Origin: Camelus dromedarius
Lineage: Eukaryota
DNA: 64,000 bases
Reading direction: 5' to 3'
Assembly (NCBI RefSeq): GCF_036321535.1
Contig: NC_087436.1
Coordinates: 94,056,001 to 94,120,000 of the forward strand
Shown: positions 14,263 through 26,388 of the stretch, in pieces
Position numbering within the stretch: position 1 is the stretch's first letter
Layout: each line of letters opens with the position of its first letter
Position numbers and translations under genes: made by a program
The notes under the pieces: generated by a model
Seen by the model: the letters and a program-made list of their open reading frames with translations, nothing else
What the model was told of the DNA's origin: nothing
Databases searched by the model: none

Positions 14263-14904
14263 CATACACAAATATTGTTTGATCATCCATTTCATCAGAT
14301 CATTGCCTTTTGCCTAAGAGGTTCAGAAGTGATTTTAGCATCAGTGAATTGATTGTGTGCCGGGAGCACATTTTCAGTGATCGTTCATAGTATGTCTTTA
14401 AAAAGAAAAACTGAATCTTGAGTAAAATTTTCTACATTATTAAAGAACCAGTGACAAAAAGCAGATTGTCAGCAGTTTTCACATGTCCATGAAGCAGAGG
14501 GGTCTGAATCTAAATGAGGCACTTCTATAGCTTGGCAGATCTTTAGCCTGATTTCAAAAGCGGTGTTTGTGTGACCCAGGCCTGTTGGTTTGCTGGATGA
14601 CAAATGAATTTGACAGTAGAATTAGTCTTATAGGGCTTTATGGTGGTGGTTGTTTACTTTGAAAAATTAAATCGATGGGTTTTCAACCAAGTTAAATGAG
14701 TAGTTTGGCATCAAAGAAATACTACCTTGGACCTTTGAAAAATCTTGCACATTTCTCAGCATTTGACAGCAAGAGCCAGATCAAGAAACCAAGCCCATGC
14801 TGGGGGTGGAGAGTGTAACAACTTCTCTTATTACTTAATTAGTACCTCCCATGTGCAAGTATATGATCTATGTATAACTCTAAGGTAGTCAGACTCGATC
14901 AGTA

Positions 14905-15100
14905 ATTCAGAGCAGGGAGCAAATTTTTCCCCTGGGAGGACTTTTTGGTTGTCATATGTTGGAAGTGGGGGTGGGCATCTAATCAGTAGAGAGCCAGGAT
15001 GATCTGAAACATCCCATGGTGCACAGGACAGGGCCCCCTCCCCTCAGCAAAGAATTACTACCCCCAAAATGTCAGCAGGGAACGAAGTTGAGAAAGTTTG
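14905..15100 (+). mobile_element. MER20-like hAT-Charlie element
   Basis: ttttggttgtca...ggcatcta...tgcacaggacag...aaagaatta...caaaatgtca...gttgagaaa. Confidence 0.75.
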
Positions 15101-16662
15101 ACACCTGAGGTTCCTTTGCAGCTCAAATTCTGAGATTTTAGGAAATTAGATTCTGTATGTGAAAGAATTTTATAAATCGCAAAACACTGCATAAATTCAA
15201 GCTGCTATTATGATACAAGTCATCGCTGTTTCTCCTTCTCTTTCTCCTCCCTGGCATCGGTCTGCCAGTCAGCCTTTCATCCTCACCAGATCCCTGGAAG
15301 GTGTAGGTCACAGGAGCCCAGACAAGGGGTGAAACGAGATGCCATCCTTCTGCTAGTTCACAGTTTGGGAAAACCTTAATCCAGGAGGCAGAGGTGGCCA
15401 AATTTGCGGGGTTCATTTTTTTCAGCACTACCCCATCAACCTGTTGAGAAAAAATATGTGTGTAATGCTTATTTAAAGGGAACCAGATAACAGATTCCCA
15501 GTGGTATTTGTGTACTGCCAAACCCCCACTGAAAACTCCCCTGTGCCTCTCCTTTTGGGCAGGTGATTTTACCTTCTCCTGGTGCACAGCCAGGGCCCTG
15601 GGAACCCACAGCCAAATGCCTCATTTTCAGGGATGTGTTGATAGAAATGCCTGAGAAAAGTGAGCCTCATGGCTTTGCATATGTTTATCAAACAGTCATT
15701 CACTGAATGATGTCCTTTGCTATAACAAAATCTGACTCTTGAAGTGTCATTAAGAATGAACTCTTCTCAGATTAGCCAGGAACTGACAGAAGGTGTGGCC
15801 TAGGATGTCATTATTCTAGTGCCTCCTGAGCTTTTCAGGATTCCCCCTAAATGGAAGGGAGTCATGGGAGGATTTTTGTGTGTCCCAGACACCATGCCTG
15901 CAAATAGCTGAAGGTTGTCGGCTGAGATAGAAAGAAAAAGAGCGCAGTTCCGGTCTTCAGCTTATTGTTTGGGCCCACAGGTAAATTCCAGGTCTTCTGC
16001 CTCCATTTTGTTAGAACTCCTTTCAACATGTTCACAGCCCGAGGTAACAGAAATGTCCCCATCCCAGAGCCTGCCGGTGGGGGCAGTGTTCTCTCTGCTG
16101 TTTACTCTAGTGGGCGGTGGTAACTTGGCGCAGGGCAGTAAGATAACCGCTCTGGGTGAGGCCAAACCTTGGAAACGTTTTGCAGAAGCTGATCTTTGAT
16201 TCTTTCCCCCCTGACGTGTAGCATTAAATGCCATTTAATCCTGGAACCAGTCCTCTGAAATGGGTGGTTTTATTACTAAAACCATCTTAGAGATGTGGAC
16301 CTGGAGCCTCATATGACACACCTAGTAAGTCTTGATCTGAACTCCAAAGTCTTCGCTTTTAACCAATATGGGAAGTATTTTATGTACCTGTACATTCTGT
16401 ATGCTAGGTTGTGACTAAGAAGTGACTGTTAGTAAAGACAAACATTTTATGGTATACATAAAGGACACAGAAGTAGAAATCTAACTGTACACAGAGACAG
16501 AATTACCTCTTGGATAAATACATTCTAAAACCTTCCAACTGAATTAAATTCCAGCTAGTGCTGGAAGACACTGCTTGACACTGCATATTATCTTCAAACT
16601 GCAATGTGTCTGTTGGTCAGCAAATAAAACTCTCCGAAGAATTCCAAATTGCACATTAATCT

Positions 16663-16701
16663 CACACACGCACGCACGCACGCACACACGCACACACGCA
16701 C
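16663..16701. repeat. (CA)/(CACG) compound microsatellite
   Basis: Directly visible. Confidence 0.85.
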
Positions 16702-18088
16702 CCAGAGCTGTGAACCAAAGTTAACTGTTGGTCTGCATAATTCTAGAGTAAACTCATGTCTGTTTTTGATCCTAGGTAAAGACTGGTTGGTACACATTGT
16801 AAATATTTCCCAGTACAGACTTATCCCTTGCCCTCTAAAATTGCCCAGTTCAAAGTTAAAATCCTACTGAAAGGTACTCTGAGCCAGTACTAAGAAGAGG
16901 ATTCAAATCCTTGAGGATTTCTGTTCTAAGTCTGAGTTAACCCTGAAATATTATTTTACCCCAACAAGCTCAAACTCGACCTAAAACAAAGACAACAAAA
17001 ATTCTAGCTAATAGTTCAGAATAATAATAGCTTGACTTGAAAGTATTTTCCTCTGTTTTATATGCCAAAGAGTGAATAAATGATTTGTTTCGAATAGATT
17101 GCCATGTTTGTTTAATGCTAGCAGCCTTCAGTGAAGACTAATGCGTTTTTAGCGTGCGCAAGAATGGCTCCGTGTTGGGAGGGTCCTGCCCCGGGGGAAC
17201 TGGCATCCAGGTAGATGACTGGACTTTTTGAATCCAGTGCAGCAAGTCTCTTCAGGTTCTTCCTGGAAGAGCCTCTGCAAACTGCTTTAGCCAAGGGTTA
17301 GGTGAGAAATAGGTTTACACTTGGATGCCTGAGCTGTATCACCAGTGGAGAATCACCCTGCCAGACAGCTTACCTGCTATGAACGGAATCTGGGAGACTC
17401 TGATACGCCAGTCTACACCAGAACACACAGGCTGGACTGCTCATTCTGACCAGTTTAAAGTTGGCTGGGGTAACCTCTTGCTTGTTTCCTTGTAAACACA
17501 AGAATCCTACATAGGGGCAAGATTCTTGCCTCAAATTCATATATCTTTTTCTTTTTCAAGTTTCTTGAGCACTTGGTGCTGGGTCCTGCACTAGGAGCTT
17601 TACATGGATTATTTCAGCCCTCTGGTAAGAATCGCTTAGGGGCAGCTGTGGTACAAACTCTAAGCCACACTGTCAGGGTTCAAGAAAGCTCTGTGAGGAT
17701 GAGGTCCACTGGTATCTGGCACATAGTAGGTGCTCAGTAAATATTTGCAGAATGAATGAATAAATGAGCACAAATGCTTCTGTCTCTCTTTAAAATCTTA
17801 AGAAATTATTGTTCACATATAAGTATTAGAGCTGAGCCAACAACCTTCACCAGATCTTCTTGTAGGTCTCATAAATTTGACCACATAGTTAAGTGGAAAA
17901 CAGCTTAGAATAAGGGAGGGGGGAAGGCAGCTCAAGAAGACTCTTTAATATATGTTAGAATTTTTAAATTGGTCCTGAAATTAAGTCACTGCTCAGCACA
18001 GGATACAGAGGGAAAAGTGACTGTAATACTTAGCAATAGGAATCTCTGTTATTTAGTCTCACTGACGTGCTCTGCACATCTCCTGGAG

Positions 18089-18303
18089 CAGAGGTCAGCA
18101 CACTTTTCTATACCTGGCCAGATAGTAAGTATTTTAGCCTTTATGGGCCATACACTCTGTCTGAACTAGTCAACTCTGCCATTGCAGTGCAAAAGGAGCC
18201 ATCTTAAAAAACAAAAAGAATATGGCTGTGTTCCAATAAAACTTTATTTACAAAAACAAGTAACAGGCTACATTTGGCTCATGGCATAGTTTGCCAAGCC
18301 CTG
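18089..18303 (+). mobile_element. MER58A-like hAT-Charlie MITE
   Basis: cagaggtcagca...gatagtaagtattttagcc...ggctgtgttccaataaaactttatttacaaaaaca...tttgccaagccctg. Confidence 0.8.
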
Positions 18304-18659
18304 GTCTAAAGCATGTCTAACTGTAATAAATCTTCTGTTCCATCTCTGAGAGAGGGTCATGCAGCTAATGCTGCATAGTTCCCTTTTTTAAGACATTAAG
18401 CACACCATATATCTTTTACATATCTAAGCCTTTGGCCTTGAAAACTCATTAAACAGCACACCATGAAATTTATTTAACTCTGTTATCTTAGACATAAAGA
18501 GAAAGGAGTTTGTAGATCATAAGATTTTCTTGAATGTGTTAAACTGACACAATGTACCATTTTTTAATGGCCTCAAATGAAATCTTAATTTTATGGAATC
18601 TTATTTTTATTCTTTTTGCATCTCTGAGCCTTCTCATCCTCTCTTTTTTGTATGTTGTG

Positions 18660-19385
18660 TGTGTGTATATGTTAAAATATACATAACAAGATTACTCCAG
18701 TTTTAAGTGTACAGTTCAAAGTACATTCATACCAGTGTGCAACCATTACTACCATCCATCTTCAGAACTTTCTCATCATCCCTCACTGAAACTCCATAAA
18801 ACACTTAATTCCCCATTCTCCCTCCCCCCAACTCCTGGCAGCCACCATTCTACTTTTTATCTCTATGAATTTGACTATTTAAAATATTTCTCCTTTTGTG
18901 TCTGGCTTATTTCTCTTAGGATGCCTTCATGGTTCATTCATGCTGCAGCATGGGTCAGAATTTCTTTTCTTTTTAAGGTTGAATAATGTTCCATTGAGTA
19001 CACATGCCACATTCTGTTTGTCCACTCATGTGTCAATGGGCTTTTGGGTTGTTTCTACCTTTTGGCTACTATGAATAATAATGTTATGATCACTGGTATA
19101 CAAGTATGTTTGATTCGTTGTTTTCAATTCTTTTGGGAATGTACCTAGTAGTGGAATTGGTGGATCATATGATAGTTGTTAAGTTTTTGAGGAATCACTA
19201 TACAGTTTTCCACAGTAGCTGCACCATTTTACATTCCTGCCAATAATGTGCAAGGTTTCCAGTTTTTCCACATTCTTGCCAACACTTGTTTTGGGTTTTT
19301 TTTGTTTGTTTGTTTATTTGGTTGGTTGGTTGGTTAAAACAGAATGCTAATGGATGTGAAGTGGTATCTCATTGTGGGTCTCACT
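18660..19385 (-). mobile_element. Old L1 (L1MB-like) 3' fragment
   Basis: Same antisense L1 3' motifs as 6600-7860, including the uninterrupted cctggcagccaccattctacttt site. Confidence 0.85.
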
Positions 19386-20494
19386 TTTTTTATGTCAGTG
19401 TTTGTAGTTAGTGTAAAAAATAGTTCATTTAGACACTACATTAATCTGTGTCTCATCTCGTGCAAGTTATATACGTATTTTTTACATATATGTACATTTA
19501 TTCCTCTCCTAGCTCCAAAATTATGTGAGATGGCTTCTAAGGATATGAAAACAATAAGATAAATAATATTTAAGTAGCTAAATTCATTGCATTGTGGATA
19601 TAGAAGACTAAAAAAATGAATCCATAGCCAAAATTGGATGAACCCGAGAGTGTTGTAATGTCCTATATAATTACAAAAATTAAAGCAATAAATTCAATCC
19701 TGAACCTCCTAGTGGCCAAAGAAAGAAGGGAAAGAGGGCCAGTAACATGATTCATTTATTCTAGATGATGAAAGCTCAGGAACAACGCTTTTCTTGGTTC
19801 ACAGATGTAAGAAATGAGCTATAACTATTTTTAAACAGATGATTATGTTACACCAGCAGATTGCAGGCTGAAAGCAAACAATTTTTGGTAAACTTAATGA
19901 TATTGGAATTGGGAATGACTCCCCTAGCCTGATCATTATAAAGCTTATTTTGTGTGTTAAATGGTAGTTTCAAAGTACAATTAGGAAAATAAAAAGTCAA
20001 TTCCACATATCTCAGCAGAGCAATAACGTCTATTCCTTTGGACTTTAGTCACTACGTAATGTCATACAACACGTAAGATCTTGAACTGCCTCATACGCGT
20101 TTATATATGTACCTGGCATGTCCTTTCCAGGTCACAGATTATAAATGCATATGTTATTTGTACAAATAATCTTCTTAAGAATATACCCTTATCTTCCTTT
20201 TGGAAGGAGGGAAAGCTCTTCATGTTCAAATCTGATATTGAAATTTCTGCTTCAACATGAAACTACAGGAATTAATGTATTATTTTCAAATTTATACCAG
20301 AAAAAAGACTTCATGATGACTGGATATGTTGTCAAACCAGCTTTCAAGCAGTTGAAGAGCAAAGAAAATTAAAAATAAGAATAGAAGCCATATCAAACAG
20401 ATGTTTTTAAAGAACTGAGAAAGTGTCAAAATTACTTGAAAATGGAAAGAACTGGTCTGAAGTTTTACCAGAAGTTAGGATGAAAGATAAGAAT

Positions 20495-20730
20495 AAATGG
20501 CATTTCTTGAGCATTTACCATGTTCTAGGCACTGTTCAGAGTGCTTTGTATTAACTCACTCTTCTAAACAAAGTTATTACCTAATGATCATTCCGGTTTT
20601 ATAGATAGGGAAACTGAGGCATGGGGCAGCTAAGTATCCCTGCTCCAGGTCATACAACCAGGAAGTGTTAGATGTAGGATTCACACATAACCATGCATTC
20701 TGGCTCCAGTGGCCACTCACTTACCATTAA
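20495..20730 (-). mobile_element. MIR SINE
   Basis: Core ttttatagatagggaaactgaggc. Confidence 0.75.
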
Positions 20731-21380
20731 GCTGTACTGCCCTTTGATGTTACAGCAAATGAACCAAAGAAGTATTACCAGTGGGCAAAGTAACATCTCA
20801 GATTTCTGTTGTGTCCCTATAATTTCTTTTTTAGGGTTTTTGTTTTGTTTTTTTTTTTTTTTTTTTTTTTTGGTGATAAAACTTACCTTAATTGTCCTTG
20901 ACATTTCTCTTAATATCCTTGTATAGAATTAAGATAAGTGATTAAAAAAATGAAAAAAGTTGAATGATAAAACCTTATGCGGCTACTATAAATTAAGGTT
21001 TTACAGTGTTAAGAACATGGGAAAAATGTTTATAAAATGAATTAAGGAGCAGGATGTAAATTTATTGGAAGCCCAGCTTCCCCACCCCACCGCCTGCCTG
21101 AACTATTAAAAGAAAGATGGAAAAGTTTAAATGTGGCTGTCACTGGGTAGGAGAGTTAAAAATAACTCCTTTTCTTATTTTTCTTAATTTTCCATAAAAT
21201 TTACTTGAATACTTTTAAAGTCCAAAAAAAATGAAATAAACTTCATGTTTTAAAAAGCCAATCAGAGCTGTTCTTTACAAAAGCATGATAACAAGTTCTT
21301 AGTGATAATCTTATTGTATAATTTAAAATCATTTCCACTCAGCCCCATGCTGTATGAGTGAAGGTGGCATGGTTCAGAAT

Positions 21381-21517
21381 TGCACTGTTGTGTGTAGCTA
21401 TTTAATTTTAAAATAAAGTGAAAATTTCTGCAATAGTCACATTTCAAGTATTCAGTAGCCACGAGTGGCTAGTAACAGCTTTACCATCATCACTGAAAGT
21501 TCTACTGCACAGCACTG
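21381..21517. mobile_element. MER3/MER33-like DNA transposon fragment
   Basis: cacatttcaagtattcagtagccacgagtggctagt...gaaagttctactgcacagcactg. Confidence 0.65.
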
Positions 21518-22498
21518 GTTTGGAAGAAAGAACACAAAATTTGGAGCCAGATGACGTGGAATCAAGTCCTGATACGAGCCAGTACTTGGTGTGAGAAATG
21601 GACGATTTACTCAACCTGAGTCTATCTCCTCATAGACAAATTGGGACTAATGATAATGTCACTTACCATGAAAGGAGATTAAGAAGATCAAGTAAGATAA
21701 TGCATGTAACAGTTTTCTGAAAACCATACTGTGCTTTACCAGGTAGTTGCTGCTTCATAAATCCCCCAGTTTGATCTTAATCTAGCTCTTTGTGCACTGA
21801 TTCCACATCCATGAATGATTCATACCAAGAATTATGCTGAATGACACCATAAAAATCACACTTACCAGCTCTTAGCACAGTTCCTAGGACAAGTCTTTGG
21901 TAATGTAGATGTTTCATCTCTTGTAAAAAGCCTCGGCACACAGCTCTGTATCTTCTGTAATAACACCTCAGTTTTTTGCTTAACAATGTAAATACATTGC
22001 CCTATTTCCATTCCTAAATGAAAAAGACTGTCTTAAAAAAGAAAGCAAACAAATAGGCTTTGTCTGCCAAAGAAATAAATGGGGCAAAATGCTATAATTT
22101 AAAAGGAAATCAATCTGAGTTGACAGTGCAGGAATTAAGCAAAAGATGTTGCCAACTGCTGGAAGAACATGAGGTTTTCACTGACAATTACAGCTGGTTC
22201 TCTATGCTTCAAAGCTGTTGGGATACTGATTAAGCGGAAGTACTTGCTTATTCTGATTTTTTTTTTCTCCCAAGTCACTTCTGGTTTTTCCTGCAAAACA
22301 ACTTGCTTAATTTAGACTGTTTTAACGCTGCATATCCAGAGCGGTCTTCATCTTCCTCCTCATTTAACCACCTGACAGTTCAGCGTGAGTCTTGTATGCC
22401 TTGGGGGAAGAAAGAAAGGAAGGAAGGAAAAAGGAGTCAAGTTCTGGCTCAGCTCGGCGCAGATGCCACACTCATCCTCTCCCTCCTGCCTCCCCCAG

Positions 22499-22529
22499 GT
22501 TCCCTCCAGCCGTGGATGCCTTTGACATT
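22499..22529 (+). other. RBM47: 5' UTR part of the first coding exon of RBM47
   Basis: Pyrimidine tract ctcatcctctccctcctgcctccccCAG (AG 22497-22498), then 31 nt before ATG 22530. Confidence 0.85.
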
Positions 22530-23658
22530 ATGACCGCAGAGGATTCCACCGCAGCCATGAGCAGCGACTCCGCCGCCGCGTCCTCGGCCAAGGTGCCCGA
22601 GGGCGTGGCGGGCGCGCCCAACGAGGCGGCGCTGCTGGCGCTCATGGAGCGCACGGGCTACAGCATGGTGCAGGAGAACGGGCAGCGCAAGTACGGCGGC
22701 CCGCCGCCCGGCTGGGAGGGCCCGCACCCGCAGCGCGGCTGCGAGGTCTTCGTGGGCAAGATCCCGCGCGACGTGTACGAGGACGAGCTGGTGCCTGTGT
22801 TCGAGGCGGTGGGCCGCATCTACGAGCTGCGCCTCATGATGGACTTCGACGGCAAGAACCGCGGCTACGCCTTCGTCATGTACTGCCACAAGAACGAGGC
22901 CAAGCGCGCCGTGCGCGAGCTCAACAACTACGAGATCCGCCCCGGCCGCCTGCTCGGCGTCTGCTGCAGCGTCGACAACTGCCGCCTCTTCATCGGCGGC
23001 ATCCCCAAGATGAAGAAGCGTGAGGAGATCCTGGAGGAGATCGCCAAGGTCACGGAGGGCGTGCTCGACGTGATCGTCTATGCCAGCGCGGCCGACAAGA
23101 TGAAGAACCGCGGCTTCGCCTTCGTGGAGTACGAGAGCCACCGCGCCGCCGCCATGGCGCGCCGCAAGCTCATGCCCGGCCGCATCCAGCTGTGGGGCCA
23201 CCAGATCGCCGTGGACTGGGCCGAGCCCGAGATCGACGTGGACGAGGACGTGATGGAGACCGTGAAGATCCTCTACGTGCGCAACCTCATGATCGAGACC
23301 ACCGAGGACACCATCAAAAAGAGCTTCGGCCAGTTCAACCCGGGCTGCGTGGAGCGCGTCAAGAAGATCCGCGACTACGCCTTCGTGCACTTCGCCAGCC
23401 GCGAGGACGCTGTGCACGCCATGAACAACCTCAACGGCACCGAGCTGGAGGGCTCGTGCCTCGAGGTGACGCTGGCCAAGCCCGTGGACAAGGAACAGTA
23501 CTCCCGCTACCAGAAGGCGGCCAAGGGCGGCGGCGCGGCGGAGGCGGCGGTGGTACCGCAGCCTAGCTACGTGTACTCCTGTGACCCCTACACGCTGGCC
23601 TATTACGGCTACCCCTACAACACGCTCATCGGGCCCAACAGGGACTACTTCGTGAAAG
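22530..23658 (+). CDS. RBM47: RBM47 coding exon 1: N-terminus and all three RRM domains
   Basis: [14 protein letters not shown]...RDYFVK; RNP motifs [42 protein letters not shown] of the A1CF/hnRNP R/SYNCRIP family; donor AAG|GTTAGT, phase 1. Confidence 0.98.
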
Positions 23659-23720
23659 GTTAGTGGGGGCTCTTCGCCCGGGTGGGCCGAGGGAGCTGCG
23701 TCCACCAGGCAGGCGGCGTT
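22530..23720. other. Intragenic CpG island over the large coding exon
   Basis: Dense CpG and almost exclusively G/C third codon positions against an AT-rich background. Confidence 0.85.
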
Positions 23721-24529
23721 GGGGCTGTTGTGGCTGTCATTTACTGGCCTGGTGGAGGCGACACCCTGCCCACCCTTGTCTGGGTGTCCAGTTCTGGGTT
23801 CTGTTCTTTGCTGGCACTTAAGGCATTCACTTCATTAGCGCTGAGAGAAATGCAGATCATTCGTATGAATGGGGTAGTGGTATAATCATGGGGGCACGCC
23901 AGCTCTTGGCGTTCTGCCTTAACAGGGCCTACCCAATTTGCGGCTAGTCCCTAGGTCTCTGGTTTCTTAGGTTGAAACCTACTTGTAAAATTAAATCTTT
24001 AGAATGTTGAGGAGAAGGGGGCGCAGTGTTGTTGGGGTTTTTTGTTTTTTGTTTTGTTGTTGATTTTAATCACTAGCTAGCCTATAATGAAACCAGGCAT
24101 TACTCTAGGAAACAAAATACTTAGGTTCTGGGTCCTGCTCTGCAATTAGCTGGCTCTGTAACTTCAGTAGTCCCTTTAACCTCCCCAGGCCTGCTTTCTC
24201 ATGCATAGAATGAGGAAGGTGAGCTAGCAGTTCCCCTTCCCCATCTAACTTTTTGTACAGTCTGTGAACATTTTTATTTATTGAAGTTGCAGTCGCAGTT
24301 CTAGGAACTCACCTTTCAAGTTCATCTCTTGCATTAATCAGATGTCTTAGGATGCATCTAGCTGGAACAGAATGTCTGAGCATCTTCCCAGCTGGCTGAA
24401 GAGCAGAGATGTAGCCACCTGCAACTTAGACCTGGGGCAAACACCTAAGTGCCAAGAACCTTGAGTTAAGCTCTGCCTTCTGTACTGTCACTATTGGCGG
24501 CTCATCACCTTTTGTGTTTTTATTATAAG

Positions 24530-24736
24530 CAGGCAGCATAAGAGGCCGGGGTCGAGGTGCGGCTGGCAACAGAGCCCCAGGGCCCAGGGGTTCCTACCTT
24601 GGGGGATATTCTGCTGGCCGCGGTATATATAGCCGATATCATGAAGGAAAAGGAAAACAACAAGAAAAAGGATACGAACTTGTACCGAATTTGGAAATCT
24701 CTGCCGTCAATCCAGTAGCCATTAAACCTGGTGCAG
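24530..24736 (+). CDS. RBM47: RBM47 coding exon 2 (207 nt, 69 codons, symmetrical phase-1 cassette exon, RG-rich)
   Basis: Not in the ORF track; manual translation [69 protein letters not shown]; acceptor AAG|CAG, donor CAG|GTCAGT. Confidence 0.95.
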
Positions 24737-26346
24737 GTCAGTATAAACCAGAGTGAGAATGCATCTATTCAGCCTGAACCCCAACCCCCTCTTTGAAGTG
24801 ACCCCAAGACTTCCTTGGGTACTTCCCTCTGCCTGTGGGTTCCTCTTCTCAGAGCAGCCGGAGATTAGGCAAGGAAGGTGGCCTCCTGGGCCTTCTTATC
24901 TAGAACTTAGGGGGATAGTCTAGTTTTGACCACATTCAAGTCAAACTTTCTGGTGGTGGGTTTTTCAAATGGACGGGCACCAGTTGTTAGGCTTTTTCTC
25001 AGTTAGGCAGATTCTTGGGTTCGGGGAGGGGGCAGGTTGGGTAGAAAAATACGAAGCTCTTCTGTATCTTCTACCAGCTAAAAACTTTCTTTTCCTTACT
25101 CAAGCCTGTTTCTACCCCAGCCATTAGAAGCCAGAGGTTGCAGCTCATTGCTGGTTCTAAGCGTTGTTGGGAAGGGTAGAAAATTCCCCTTCAGGAGCAA
25201 ATAACACGACTTGTCCTTTATCGTGGTCTTAACAAACCAGCATGCCTGGGGGCAAGTTTTTGCAGCTAATTTCCAGCTTTTATTTCCGCCTCTTGCTGGA
25301 TCAGTAGATTGGGGGTGGGGGCACTCAGGTAACTCAAGCCATGGACCTTGAACTTTGCTCACCCTCCGGGCTCCACAAGCCAGTTTTCCAACGTTGTTTG
25401 TGCCCATTGGTCATTTCACGTGAGATCTTCCTTGCGATCGTAACCTGCAAGGAGCTGTATTTAACTCCATTGTGTGAGCCTGGCACAAACTCCCTAATTG
25501 CACATACCACACAAGCACCCAAACACATGGGAAATCCGATGTGATCCCTTCCAAGCTCAGCCGCTCAGATTTTCTGCTACTATGCACTCCCTCCCCGGCT
25601 GGAACAGACCTGGGGGAGCTGTGCATGTGGGGTGTAGGTTGGCATTGGCCACATAGGGCTCACAAAGCATTTTCCCAGAGCTTTCTTTTGAAGTAATCCA
25701 GTGATTTTTTTTTTAATGCCTATGAAAAAATTCTGCAATTTTTGCAGTTAAGTGACTAAATTTTCTTATAAAGGCCATTGGTGCTCTAAGCAGTGTAAGA
25801 CTGATCTTGTTTCTCTTGTAATTCCATTTAACAGAGCCTGGGAGTTGTCCCTTTTACTTGTTGGGAAAGGGACTCCTGTTGGCAGTAGCTTAAGTGATAG
25901 CTTAGGATTCATCTAAAGAAAAGAACTCTTAAACAGTCTTTAAGCATATAGTTGTGTTCTGGGGCATGAGGTAGAAAATCTTGTGGGCTGATAGCCAGAA
26001 TAGTCCAGAGTTACTCGGTACAGCCCCAGCGGCACTCAAACTCATAATCCTTTCTGGGCCCCATCCCCTGGCCTCTATTTCTGATTCATCCAGAAAATTA
26101 GAACTTTGTATTTTAGGAGAAGCACAGGGCAGTAGTAGTGAAGTATCTGGGCACAAGACCATATGGTTGGAAAGGCAGATAAAAGATTTTATTGAATGGC
26201 TGTATCATTGTTAAGCCTGCAGTCATTTCTCTCTGCCTTATGTCAGGTCAGCTTTTATTAGAAGAAATGTACCTACAGTTGGAGAAAAAACTTAAGTGAA
26301 AGGACATTTTGTGTCTGCATTTCAGTATTCTTACTCATCCTTTCAA

Positions 26347-26388
26347 CACACACACACACACGGACACCACACACACACACTCTCACAC
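26347..26388. repeat. Interrupted (CA)n microsatellite
   Basis: Directly visible. Confidence 0.85.

Noticed and set aside
22392..22529. 46-aa N-terminal extension in the ORF track
   Set aside because: Starts at a TTG inside the intron and crosses the splice acceptor at 22498
23192..23566. 124-aa alternative-frame Arg/Gly-rich ORF
   Set aside because: Expected in very GC-rich coding DNA; no ATG start or independent support
22449..23705. 418-aa antisense ORF
   Set aside because: In-register shadow of the GC3-rich RBM47 exon, with the same extent and no recognisable domain
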